In this document: positions 1-8,853 of the stretch, one piece after another
Layout: every line of letters starts with the position of its first letter
Position numbering within the stretch: the first letter of the stretch is position 1
Origin: an uncultured Chitinophagaceae bacterium
GTDB lineage: Bacteria; Bacteroidota; Bacteroidia; Chitinophagales; Chitinophagaceae
DNA: 64,000 nucleotides
Reading direction: 5' to 3'
Assembly: GCA_937996595.1 (NCBI GenBank)
Contig: CALKVC010000094.1
Location: 12,202 to 76,201, forward strand
Program-made: the position numbers and the translations under genes
The notes under the pieces: model-generated
What the model was told of the DNA's origin: nothing
Database searches by the model: none
Seen by the model: only the letters and a program-made list of their open reading frames with translations

Positions 1-916
1 CCGAATCGGCGGTAACCGATATCTTTCCGGTAAGGGATGAACCCGCAAAACTACCTTTAGGCATTACCGTTACCACATTGTCGGGGATATAGGCGGTTCT
101 GGAACCAGCTAGCCTTACCTTATAATGGGAGCCCACTTTACCCGTTACCCGCAGCGGAATGAGGCTGTCTATATACCCGATCTTGGCGCCGCCCAGCCTG
201 TCTTCACCCAGGCCGTATTCCAAATGTGCCAGCCGGCCTGTTGTAATCACAACATCGCTTTCCCAGGGCGACATGAGTGCGAATGTGTTAGATGTTTCTT
301 TTGTTTCAGACCTGCCGGTACTATCAGTAATGGTTACCTGATATTTCACGGGTGAGATACTGTCATCCGGCCGCACTTCATATTCTCCCTGGTATATACC
401 AAGCATGCCGTTTGTTTGTGTAACGGGCAGTTCATATAATCTTGTCCTGTTCACGGTTGTAAGCATCTGGCCGGGATATGCTTTCACCCTGAACTGTACC
501 TTATCACCGGCTTGCAATAAAAGGTTTCCTTCGGGGAAAGTTTCAATGCGTTCTATACCGAATTCCTTAACAGGTAATGCCGGTGCAGGCCGTGAATAAT
601 TATATTGTACCAGCTTAGAGGCCGATTTCCCTTTTGCAGAAATGGCAACCAGGGAAAAAGATGTATCACCTTCTTTAAGTGCCAGTTCGTATGCAAAGGC
701 ACCGGTTGGGTATACCTTTACTTTTTCCCTGTTAATGAGCAGGGAACAATCTTTACATGTGCTCCCAACAATGAACTGCCTGGAGACATTTACCTGGTTC
801 TTTTCCTTAAGCGGGGCAGTGAGTTTTATAAATGGTTTCACTTCAACCTGGGCTGATACATGTTTTGTTGCATGTATGCATAGTAATGCCAGTATTATTG
901 TCCTGAAGTAATTCAT
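1..916 (-). CDS. secreted protein, N-terminal part (gene runs off the left edge)
   Basis: It is absent from the ORF track because its stop lies outside the window. Hand translation of the minus strand from the ATG (complement of 914-916) gives MNYFRTIILALLCIHATKHVSAQVEVKPF... and stays open to position 1. The N-terminus is signal-peptide-like. I recognise no family with confidence. Confidence 0.55.
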   Translation of the reverse strand, partial: MNYFRTIILALLCIHATKHVSAQVEVKPFIKLTAPLKEKNQVNVSRQFIVGSTCKDCSLLINREKVKVYPTGAFAYELALKEGDTSFSLVAISAKGKSASKLVQYNYSRPAPALPVKEFGIERIETFPEGNLLLQAGDKVQFRVKAYPGQMLTTVNRTRLYELPVTQTNGMLGIYQGEYEVRPDDSISPVKYQVTITDSTGRSETKETSNTFALMSPWESDVVITTGRLAHLEYGLGEDRLGGAKIGYIDSLIPLRVTGKVGSHYKVRLAGSRTAYIPDNVVTVMPKGSFAGSSLTGKISVTADS

Positions 917-1004
917 GAAATTAAATATATGCCACAAGGGCCTAAAGTAACGTTAATTGATTACTTTTTGCATCAATGTTTGCCTGAGCCTTTACGATAA
1001 GGAA

Positions 1005-2804
1005 TCAAAGAAAATATCTCTTCTCTGCAATCAGCCTGTCGGCAATCCTTCTCCGTGCATCTTTTCCGTTAAATGGGGTTAATTTGGAAAACCTTTTCAA
1101 ACCGAGGAGCAACATACGCTGTTCATCACCGGTAGCAAATGAATTGATTGCATCTTTACCTGCCTTGTTCACCCGGTCCATAGCATCAGAGAGGTAGCAG
1201 TGGAATATGTCAGATTGCAGGCTGGCGGCCTCTTCCCCTTCTTTTTCCATTTTCCTGATTACACGCAGCAAGGCGCTTTCCGTATTGAATGTGAGGATGG
1301 CCATATCGGCTATGTTCATCAGTATCTCCTGTTCGTCAGACAATTTCATCATGAGTTTCTGAACAGCGGCGCCAGCCACCATCAGGATAGATTTTTTCAT
1401 ATTTATGACCGCTTTCCTTTCAGCGGCAAACAATGAATCGTCTTCAGAACCGAAATCCGGGATGCTCATCAGTTCTTTGCTTACAGCGGTTGCCGGGCCC
1501 ATCAGGTCAAGTTTTCCCTTCATGGCACGTTTCAGCATCATATCTACGGTAAGCAGGCGATTGATCTCATTGGTACCTTCATAGATACGGTTAATGCGGC
1601 TGTCACGGTAAGCCCTGCTGGCCATGTATTCGTCACTGAAGCCATTGCCGCCATGAATCTGCACACCTTCATCTACCACAAAATCGAGCAGTTCGCTGCC
1701 GTCCACTTTCAACATGGCGCATTCAATGGCATATTCTTCAGCAGCTCCCAGCAAGGCTTCATTAAATGGTTTGCCTTCAGCCTGCAATCCGTGTTCCTTA
1801 TCATCAATCCATTTGCTGGTTCTGTATAATGCACTTTCGTTTACCCATATCCGTATGGCGCATTCAGCCAGCTTGTGCTTAATGGCTCCAAAATTGGCAA
1901 TAGCTGTTTTAAACTGTTCCCTGGTGATGGCGTAGTCAATACTGGAGCTCAGCGACATCTTAGCTCCGCCCAAAGCAGCCGCACAAAGTTTAAGCCTGCC
2001 TATATTAAGTATGTTGAATGCAATGACATGACCTTTGCCGGCCTCTCCCAGCAGGTTTTCAACCGGCACCTTGCAACCCTGGAAATACAACTGTACAGTA
2101 GAAGAACCCTTGATACCCATCTTGTGTTCTTCCGGGCCCTGCGTGAATCCTTCCATACCACGTTCAACAATAAACGCAGAAAATTTATCACCGTCAATCT
2201 TTGCAAAAACAGTATACACATCGGCGAAACCTCCGTTGGTTATCCAGCATTTCTGCCCGTTCAGTATATAATGCTTTCCATCGGGAGAAAGCATGGCTGT
2301 GGTTTTGGCGCCCAGCGCGTCACTGCCACTATTCGGCTCCGTTAGTCCGTAGGCGCCCTTCCATTCGCCGGTAGACAACTTGGGGATATACTTTTCTTTT
2401 TGCGCTTCGGTGCCAAAATACAATATGGGTAAGGTTCCGATACCTGTATGTGCTGCCACGGCCACGCTGAAGGAGAATCCGCCGCCCAGGCCTTCGTTCA
2501 CCAGGGTGGAGGTGATAAAATCTTTTCCCAGCCCGCCATACGCTTCCGGAATGGAAGCGCCCATGAGGCCCTGTTCGCCTGCTTTCACCATCAATTGCGG
2601 CATCAGCCCCGGTTCCAGCTTGTCTATACGGTCTACCACCGGCAACACTTCGGCTGCCAGGAACTGGAGGCACATTTCCTTAACCATGCCCTGTTCCTCA
2701 TTAAAATCTTCGGGAGTAAAACAATCCGAAGGATTGCTTTCCCTGATCAGCCATTCGCCTCCTTTCAGTGTTTGGGTTGATGTTGTTGTTTTCATATGAT
2801 GCAT
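1005..2804 (-). CDS. acyl-CoA dehydrogenase (long, FadE-like)
   Basis: 599-aa ORF with ACAD motifs (GLTEPNSGSD, QIHGGNGFSDEY, YEGTNEINRL). It lies directly downstream of the MarR gene on the same strand. Confidence 0.9.
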   Translation of the reverse strand: MHHMKTTTSTQTLKGGEWLIRESNPSDCFTPEDFNEEQGMVKEMCLQFLAAEVLPVVDRIDKLEPGLMPQLMVKAGEQGLMGASIPEAYGGLGKDFITSTLVNEGLGGGFSFSVAVAAHTGIGTLPILYFGTEAQKEKYIPKLSTGEWKGAYGLTEPNSGSDALGAKTTAMLSPDGKHYILNGQKCWITNGGFADVYTVFAKIDGDKFSAFIVERGMEGFTQGPEEHKMGIKGSSTVQLYFQGCKVPVENLLGEAGKGHVIAFNILNIGRLKLCAAALGGAKMSLSSSIDYAITREQFKTAIANFGAIKHKLAECAIRIWVNESALYRTSKWIDDKEHGLQAEGKPFNEALLGAAEEYAIECAMLKVDGSELLDFVVDEGVQIHGGNGFSDEYMASRAYRDSRINRIYEGTNEINRLLTVDMMLKRAMKGKLDLMGPATAVSKELMSIPDFGSEDDSLFAAERKAVINMKKSILMVAGAAVQKLMMKLSDEQEILMNIADMAILTFNTESALLRVIRKMEKEGEEAASLQSDIFHCYLSDAMDRVNKAGKDAINSFATGDEQRMLLLGLKRFSKLTPFNGKDARRRIADRLIAEKRYFL

Positions 2805-2858
2805 TTTTTTATTGATGATATATGCTATTTGAACGAAATATACCTGCTGATACCATGG

Positions 2859-3299
2859 TTACTTAAGGTTTTCATAAACCTGGTTCAGCACTTCTTTGGC
2901 TATTTCAATCTGCCCGGGTGTAACGCCAACCAACGCTTCGTTTAGTGTTTGGTTTGCCAGGGCCATGGTATGAACCTGCAATTTCTGAGCTTCGGGCGTA
3001 AGGCATATCAGGTTGATCCTCCTGTCGCCTTTACTGGCCACCCGCTTAACAAGTTTCAGTTTCTCCAGGTTATCAACCAGGCGGGTGATGCTGGGCTTAT
3101 CCCTGAATGTAGCGTCGCACAATTGCTGCTGGCTCCGCCCGTCTTCCTTCCATAAATGGTACAGCACACTCCATTGTTCAATCGTAATATCTACGCCGTT
3201 CTGTTTGAAATTCTTCTGCAAACGCCGTGCTATGGCCGTACTGGCCTTGCCGGTTATAAAACTGTATAGTTCGCTGTGCTTAAATTGGTTGTTTGACAT
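2859..3299 (-). CDS. MarR family transcriptional regulator
   Basis: 146 aa with a winged-helix MarR pattern (QWSVLYHLW...SQQQLCDATFRDKPSITRLVDNLEKLKLVKR...DRR). Confidence 0.9.
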   Translation of the reverse strand: MSNNQFKHSELYSFITGKASTAIARRLQKNFKQNGVDITIEQWSVLYHLWKEDGRSQQQLCDATFRDKPSITRLVDNLEKLKLVKRVASKGDRRINLICLTPEAQKLQVHTMALANQTLNEALVGVTPGQIEIAKEVLNQVYENLK

Positions 3300-3321
3300 A
3301 TAGTTGTTTAGACAACTATAT
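3298..3321. promoter_or_regulatory. candidate MarR operator (10-bp perfect inverted repeat, 4-bp spacer)
   Basis: atatagttgt-ttag-acaactatat. The palindrome overlaps the MarR start codon and sits in the divergent intergenic region with the GT2 gene. Confidence 0.4.
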
Positions 3322-3412
3322 AAAGGTAAACATTCATTTTAAATTTCAAAAAATTATTTTTGCTTACCAGCCGGGGGCAGGCCATCTGCTGCCCCAAGCC
3401 TGTACAACCTTT

Positions 3413-4582
3413 ATGCAGTTTTTCATTTTCCTGATTGCGGTGTTATTGCTTCTGCTGTATGCATTGCTGTTGCTGTATTACAGAGCAGGCTGGCAGTTGA
3501 TTACGCCGGTTGAAACGGAAGAAGTTAAAATGCCTGTCAGGATTTCTGTTGTTATAGCAGCGAGAAATGAAGAAAAAAATGTACCCGCTTTGCTGAACTC
3601 ACTGCAAAAGCAATCGTATGAGAAGGCGTTTTTTGAGGTAATTGTTGTTGACGATCACAGCACTGACAATACCGCTATGGTGATTGAGGAATTTGTATCA
3701 TCCAATACCAGGCTCATCAGGCTGCAGGACCATGCCATACCGGAGGGAACCAATTCATATAAGAAAAAAGCGATAGAAACAGCCATTGCCGCTGCTACCG
3801 GCGAACTGATTGTTACCACAGATGCGGATTGCGTGGTGCCGGCACGGTGGCTTCAAACAATCGCATCGTTTTATGAAAAACATCATCCATCGTTTATCGT
3901 GATGCCGGTTTGCTATAACAACCGGAATAATTTCCTTGAGATATTTCAGTCGCTCGACTTCATGACATTGCAGGGTATAACAGGCGCTGCAGTACACTAC
4001 GGCTCACACAGCATGTGTAATGGCGCCAACCTGGCCTATACCAAAAATGCGTTTACCCGTTCTGGTGGTTTTGAAGGCATAGACGCCATAGCCAGCGGTG
4101 ATGATATGCTGCTGATGCACAAGATTTACAAACAAAACCCGTCCGGTATCCGTTACCTGAAATCGGCTGATGTAATTGTGCAGACAGGTGCAATGCAGCA
4201 CTGGAAGGATTTCTTCAACCAGCGCATCCGCTGGGCAAGCAAAGCTGATAAATACGATGACAAGCGGATATTTTGGGTACTGCTGCTGGTATATCTTTTC
4301 AATGTGCTGCTGCTGGCATTGCCTGTGGTTGCAGCCATACAAAACCGCCCATTGCCCTTGTTCGGGTACCGGCTTCCGGCATTCAACGGCTGGTTGCTGA
4401 TATTGGCACTGAAAACGCTTTTTGAACTGTACTTCCTTTTCCCTGTTGCCCGGTTTTTTAACAAGCTGCCTCTACTCCGTTGGTTCCTTTTTGCACAACC
4501 GGTACATATTTTATATACCATCGTTGCCGGCTGGCTGGGAAAATTCGGAAACTATGAATGGAAAGAAAGAAAAGTGAAATAA
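3413..4582 (+). CDS. family 2 glycosyltransferase, membrane-bound
   Basis: GT2 motifs (VSVVIAARNEE, VVDDHSTDNT, TDADC, QRIRWA) plus N- and C-terminal TM helices. I prefer the ATG at 3413 (MQFFIFLIAV...) because the track start at 3293 overlaps the MarR gene and operator. Confidence 0.85.
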   Translation: MQFFIFLIAVLLLLLYALLLLYYRAGWQLITPVETEEVKMPVRISVVIAARNEEKNVPALLNSLQKQSYEKAFFEVIVVDDHSTDNTAMVIEEFVSSNTRLIRLQDHAIPEGTNSYKKKAIETAIAAATGELIVTTDADCVVPARWLQTIASFYEKHHPSFIVMPVCYNNRNNFLEIFQSLDFMTLQGITGAAVHYGSHSMCNGANLAYTKNAFTRSGGFEGIDAIASGDDMLLMHKIYKQNPSGIRYLKSADVIVQTGAMQHWKDFFNQRIRWASKADKYDDKRIFWVLLLVYLFNVLLLALPVVAAIQNRPLPLFGYRLPAFNGWLLILALKTLFELYFLFPVARFFNKLPLLRWFLFAQPVHILYTIVAGWLGKFGNYEWKERKVK

Positions 4583-4608
4583 GGTACAAATCGTACTTTC
4601 AACACTGA

Positions 4609-5700
4609 ATGGAAAAGAACTATTCATACTACAGGCAGGTATGGAAACGGCTGTTAAGGAACCGGCCGGCCGTTTTCGGGCTGCTAATCATAACCGTTAC
4701 CTTGCTGGTGGCCATATTCGCTTATGCGGTTGCGCCAGACAATTCACCGAATGCCGACTTGCAGACGGTTGAGATACAGGCCATGAAACCGGGACATTCT
4801 CAATTATTCCTGCTGCTGCCAGACAGTACACCTGCCCGGAATGGCGTGATCGATGCCTTTTTCAACGGCACCATACCTGGAGCCAGGTATGTCCCCATCA
4901 CCGGTTATGCCGTACATGGCAACCAGCTGGCCGTTCAGAAATACATAGATGAAGACACTGCCATTACACAATTTTACAATATCAGCACTCTTACTTCCAA
5001 CAAGCCGCATGAACTGGAAAACCTGCTGGTTACCAGAAAATTCCTGCTTGGAACAGATGCCTATGGCAGGGATATCCTGAGCAGGCTGATGATAGGAACT
5101 CGTGTAAGCCTTGCCGTTGGTTCCGTTGCCCTGCTTATCTCCCTTTTACTGGGTATTACATTGGGGGCGCTGGCCGGTTACTACCGCGGATGGGTAGACG
5201 CCATCGTTATGTGGTTTGTTAACATAAGCTGGAGCATCCCCACCCTGTTGCTGGCTTTCGCATTCAGCATGGCACTGGGCAAGGGTTTCTGGCAGGTTTT
5301 CGTTGCCATTGGCCTCACTATGTGGGTAAGCGTGGCCAGGCTGGTACGCGGGCAGGTAATGGCAGTGAAGGAGATGGAATATGTACAGGCAGCGGAAGCA
5401 TTGGGATATACCGACAGGCGCATCATCATACGGCATATCCTACCCAATATCATTGGGCCGGTGATGGTAATTGCTGCGGGAAATTTTGCGTCCGCCATCA
5501 TCATAGAAGCCGGGCTCAGTTTTCTGGGTATCGGTGTTCAGCCGCCGATGCCCAGTTGGGGGCTGATGATAAAGGAGAACTATAATTTCATCATCACACA
5601 CAATCCTTTCCTGGCTGTTGTTCCCGGGCTTGCCATCATGTTGCTGGTACTGGCGTTTAACTTAGTGGGGAATGGGTTGAGGGATGCTTTATCTGAATAA
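4609..5700 (+). CDS. ABC transporter permease (Dpp/Opp C-type)
   Basis: 363 aa with several TM segments and an EAA-loop-like YVQAAEALGYTDRRIIIRHILPN. No ATPase or binding-protein gene is adjacent. Confidence 0.85.
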   Translation: MEKNYSYYRQVWKRLLRNRPAVFGLLIITVTLLVAIFAYAVAPDNSPNADLQTVEIQAMKPGHSQLFLLLPDSTPARNGVIDAFFNGTIPGARYVPITGYAVHGNQLAVQKYIDEDTAITQFYNISTLTSNKPHELENLLVTRKFLLGTDAYGRDILSRLMIGTRVSLAVGSVALLISLLLGITLGALAGYYRGWVDAIVMWFVNISWSIPTLLLAFAFSMALGKGFWQVFVAIGLTMWVSVARLVRGQVMAVKEMEYVQAAEALGYTDRRIIIRHILPNIIGPVMVIAAGNFASAIIIEAGLSFLGIGVQPPMPSWGLMIKENYNFIITHNPFLAVVPGLAIMLLVLAFNLVGNGLRDALSE

Positions 5701-5770
5701 CCACGGGTTTAAACCTGAATTGCCACGGGTTTAAACTTGAATTGCCACGGGTTTAAACCCGTGGCAATTC
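5701..5770. repeat. 2.5 tandem copies of a 22-bp unit, ending in a 32-nt perfect palindrome
   Basis: ccacgggtttaaac(c/t)tgaattg occurs twice, followed by ccacgggtttaaacccgtggcaattc. Confidence 0.8.
5739..5770. terminator. bidirectional hairpin between convergent genes
   Basis: gaattgccacgggttt/aaacccgtggcaattc is a perfect 16-bp-arm palindrome. It lies between the permease stop (5700) and the Lrp stop (5781). There is no strong U-tract. Confidence 0.5.
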
Positions 5771-5780
5771 AGCAATGCAA

Positions 5781-6254
5781 TTAATCTAAAGGAGCCACCG
5801 GCACATTTCTGTTAAACCCTTCTTCCAGCGAAATAAAGGTTTCAGTGCGCTCTATTCCTTTAATCTTTTGCAACCCATCGTGCAGTACATAACGGAGTTG
5901 CGCAATATCCTTGCAAACAATTTCAATGAACATACTGTAGTTCCCGGTGATATAATTCAACCGTACAATTTGCGGTATGTCCATCAGTTCCTTGGCTACG
6001 GAATCGTAGAGAGAACTTTTTTCCAGGTAAATACCCACAAAAGCGGTAATATCGTAACCCAACAGTTTTAAATCTACATTTAAACGGGTACCTTTAACGA
6101 TATTAAATTCCTGCAGTTTTTTGATACGAACATGGATAGTGCCTCCGCTGACGAACAATTTTTTACCCAGTTCGGCATAAGATATTTCGGCGTTCTGCAT
6201 CATTGCCTCAATAATCTGCAGATCCAGTTTGTCAAGATTTAATTTGGCGGCCAT
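5781..6254 (-). CDS. Lrp/AsnC family transcriptional regulator
   Basis: 157 aa with an N-terminal HTH (LDLQIIEAMMQNAEISYAELGKKLFVSGGTIHVRIKKLQE) and a C-terminal RAM-like domain. Confidence 0.9.
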   Translation of the reverse strand: MAAKLNLDKLDLQIIEAMMQNAEISYAELGKKLFVSGGTIHVRIKKLQEFNIVKGTRLNVDLKLLGYDITAFVGIYLEKSSLYDSVAKELMDIPQIVRLNYITGNYSMFIEIVCKDIAQLRYVLHDGLQKIKGIERTETFISLEEGFNRNVPVAPLD

Positions 6255-6363
6255 TTTAATAAATTGATTTTGTAATTATTCAATACTAACTGCAAATATT
6301 TGAATATTATCTATATTTTCAAAATTTTTATTGAAATATTTTTAATACAATTTTCTTTTCCTT

Positions 6364-6371
6364 TATATTTG
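6364..6371 (+). promoter_or_regulatory. Bacteroidota -7 box (TAnnTTTG) candidate
   Basis: tatatttg lies ~30 nt upstream of the structured non-coding segment. I see no well-spaced -33 TTG. Confidence 0.3.
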
Positions 6372-6379
6372 TGTTATCA

Positions 6380-6667
6380 AAGTTCTTTTTCAAAGAATCA
6401 TTCACTGTGGGGTGATGAAATTTTTGGCAGACATGCCCCCTTGTCTCGGGGGTGGGGATAACAGGATAAACGTTGCATAACGCCGATCCGCAGACGTGTG
6501 GACCGACTGGGGTTGACCACCAGTAGGTTGAAGCTTAGCGGCTTCTTCAAATTGTATCCCGATGACTATCGGGACTAACTGCCCCGTTCCAGATGGGTAT
6601 CGGGACCCTACAGCAAACGCTGTGAAATTAACCCTTGCCGGATTATCCGGTGAGGGTTTTGTTTTTT
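6380..6667 (+). ncRNA. candidate structured small RNA, family not recognised
   Basis: The segment is GC-richer than its AT-rich intergenic surroundings and has no ORF of 60 aa or more. It contains several hairpins: tccgca/tgtgga, actgg/ccagt, gaagc/gcttc, tcccgat/atcggga, cagc/gctg. The string tatcgggac occurs twice, which allows alternative pairing. It ends in a strand-specific intrinsic terminator. Confidence 0.35.
6632..6667 (+). terminator. Rho-independent terminator
   Basis: The stem is cccttgccgga-tta-tccggtgaggg, followed by ttttgtttttt. It includes two G-U pairs that would be A-C mismatches on the other strand, which points to plus-strand use. Confidence 0.65.
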
Positions 6668-6894
6668 ATAGCCAACCCGGTTTACTATAAAAACGGGAAT
6701 TTAAAACAAGCCATATTGAATACTCCTGTTTCTTCATAATTTATTTTGATCCGAGACTTTATCACATTAAATGTATAATCAAAAAAATAAACCATTTCTG
6801 ATATATATTGTAATTATAGTAAGTGGGAGACAATATTCACTTCCCATAATAACAAGCATGTTATTGCATTTTTAGACTATAACAGAAATACACT

Positions 6895-7356
6895 GTGATT
6901 TATAAATATTTTACATTCGGCATTTCTATTTCATTCATATCCTTTTTAGTTGGTATGACAGTGAATGCAGCTTTAAGAAAAACAGCCTTTTACAACAGGG
7001 AATTATCAAACCTGAATTTTATCAAAAATGAAAAACTGAACAGGTATATCGGCATTGGCATTTTTAAGTGGATCGTGAAAAATACTTTTTTTAAATTTTT
7101 CAACCAGAAACTCAGGCTGAAAAGGAAAATTGAAAAGGCTGACCTGTACCTGCTGCGCAATGAAATGACCATCTCGGAAATCGACCATTTAATCGGGTTT
7201 GTTTTTGTGGCCATATTTGCACTGGTAAAATTTTACAACCAAAACTTCTTATTTGGAATTGTCATTATGCTGGTGAATGTACTTATGAACTTATACCCGT
7301 CATTATTACAACAGCAAAATAAAAGGCGCATTGATACATTATTAAAGAAAATGTAG
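6895..7356 (+). CDS. small membrane protein, possibly of the glycosyl-4,4'-diaponeurosporenoate acyltransferase-like (CrtO) family
   Basis: 153 aa in an AT-rich stretch, with TM helices. The C-terminal NLYPSLLQQQNKRRI resembles the N-x-Y-P-x-x-x-Q-R-Y-N-R motif I remember for that family. The start is GTG, so it is uncertain. Confidence 0.5.
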   Translation: MIYKYFTFGISISFISFLVGMTVNAALRKTAFYNRELSNLNFIKNEKLNRYIGIGIFKWIVKNTFFKFFNQKLRLKRKIEKADLYLLRNEMTISEIDHLIGFVFVAIFALVKFYNQNFLFGIVIMLVNVLMNLYPSLLQQQNKRRIDTLLKKM

Positions 7357-7604
7357 CAAATAAATTGCGTATCAAGTTAATTGCTGGCTGGCTCAATCCC
7401 TTTTCTGATTGTGTTATTTACAGGTAAAATCATTGCCTGGCCGCTATGCCGGCCGTTTCAGATTGCGATTAATTAACCCTGGCCATATATTACCTGCAAG
7501 CCGGCTGTAAAAAAGCCTGGTTGCCGATTCTATTCCAACTGCAGACCGTTCCCTTACGTGAATAACTGATTCCCTTAATATTTGTCACAAACACTATCTT
7601 TGAA

Positions 7605-7832
7605 ATGACGCAACACATTTCTATCAGCATGATAAATACGTTACTTTACCGGACCGTTGCAATAATCCTGCATACCCTCATCAATATGATCATCATCAAT
7701 TACCTGTTGGATATCGACGTTAGCGGAAGCTGGTTCCGGTTCGGCATATTCGTGATAATTTTACTCGTCTTATTCGTATTATTTGTTAAACACTTTATTT
7801 CATTCATCCGTTTTTTAAAATCAAAACCATGA
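7605..7832 (+). CDS. small two-TM membrane protein
   Basis: 75 aa and hydrophobic. Its stop overlaps the start of the SPFH gene (ATGA), suggesting translational coupling. Confidence 0.5.
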   Translation: MTQHISISMINTLLYRTVAIILHTLINMIIINYLLDIDVSGSWFRFGIFVIILLVLFVLFVKHFISFIRFLKSKP

Positions 7833-8770
7833 TTTCCCTCATTTTTTTCTTCGCTGCATTTTTCATTTCAGGTTTTATATTAGGCATATTCAGGAAGAGC
7901 ACATACAGTAAACCGGATGGCGGGTTCAAGGCTTCGGCAATGATAAAAGCCATTGCCGCCCTGGCGATATCATTTGTTGTAGTATTGATAAACCCGATAG
8001 ACATAGAACGGATTGACGCAGGCCATGTTGGGATTAAGGTAAGCAATGTTGGCGACGACCGGGGTGTGGGAAAAACCGAATATGTTACCGGCTGGGTTTT
8101 TTATAATTCCTGGATATCCCGCATTTATGAATTCCCAATACATCAACAGCATATAGATTATGAAGCCAATGATATTGTGACCAAGGGCGGGTTCAGGGCA
8201 ACCATCAAACCGTCTTTCAATTATTCAATCAACCCCGGCAATGTGGCCGACATGTTCCAGAACCTGCGCGTAGAAGTAAAAGAAATGGAACAGGGCTGGT
8301 TAAAAAATGCGATTGTAGGTTCGGTAAATGATGTAGCTAACCGGTACACCGTTGATTCCATTTTCAACCACCGGGAAGAATTTGAAGCTGATATTGTAAA
8401 GGAATGTAATAAACGGGTTTCCAAATGGTTCAATGTATCGCAGTTGCGTACGAACATAGTACCGCCTGTGGAGATATCTGAATCCATCATTGCCAAAACC
8501 AGGGCCATACAGGAAGTGCAGGTTGCCGAAAACAGGAAACAGGTTGCACTGGCAGAAGCAGAAAGAAAAATAGCTGAAGCCAGGGGCGATTCTGCGCAGG
8601 CTGTAATACAGGCTGCAGGCAGGGCTGAAGCCATTAAAAGGGAACAACTGTCGCTAAGCCCCATCTATATCGACTATATGAAAATACAAAAGTGGAGCGG
8701 ACAGGTTCCTACTACGGTTGCTGGAAACGCCGGCTTCCTGATACAGCTTCCAAAAGACAGCGAAAAATAA
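7829..8770 (+). CDS. SPFH/band 7 (prohibitin-like) domain protein
   Basis: 313 aa with an N-terminal TM, an SPFH-like core (IDAGHVGIKV...GWVFYNSWISRIYEFP) and a C-terminal coiled coil (AEAERKIAEARGDSAQAVIQAAGRAEAIK). Confidence 0.85.
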   Translation: MISLIFFFAAFFISGFILGIFRKSTYSKPDGGFKASAMIKAIAALAISFVVVLINPIDIERIDAGHVGIKVSNVGDDRGVGKTEYVTGWVFYNSWISRIYEFPIHQQHIDYEANDIVTKGGFRATIKPSFNYSINPGNVADMFQNLRVEVKEMEQGWLKNAIVGSVNDVANRYTVDSIFNHREEFEADIVKECNKRVSKWFNVSQLRTNIVPPVEISESIIAKTRAIQEVQVAENRKQVALAEAERKIAEARGDSAQAVIQAAGRAEAIKREQLSLSPIYIDYMKIQKWSGQVPTTVAGNAGFLIQLPKDSEK

Positions 8771-8853
8771 GAAGCGCACAATACAGCTGCCAACCCATTC
8801 CTTACTACAGGAAACGTATTACCGAAAATATACCGTTTACGAATAGACGATTT

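Noticed and set aside
3293-3412. N-terminal 40 residues of the track ORF for the GT2 gene
   Set aside because: This stretch overlaps the MarR start and operator. The hydrophobic N-terminus begins at the Met at 3413.
6380-6667. Possible tmRNA, RNase P RNA, SRP RNA, 6S RNA or a known riboswitch (TPP, SAM, cobalamin, lysine, glycine, FMN)
   Set aside because: I could not find the conserved cores: no tRNA-like CCA end or tag ORF, no GGAAAGUCC-type P4 element, no SRP GGAA/AGCA motif, no B12 box and no CUGAGA. I left it as an unclassified candidate.
7593-7600. tatctttg as a TAnnTTTG promoter box for the 75-aa gene
   Set aside because: It ends only 4 nt before the ATG at 7605, so a transcript started from it would begin inside the ORF.
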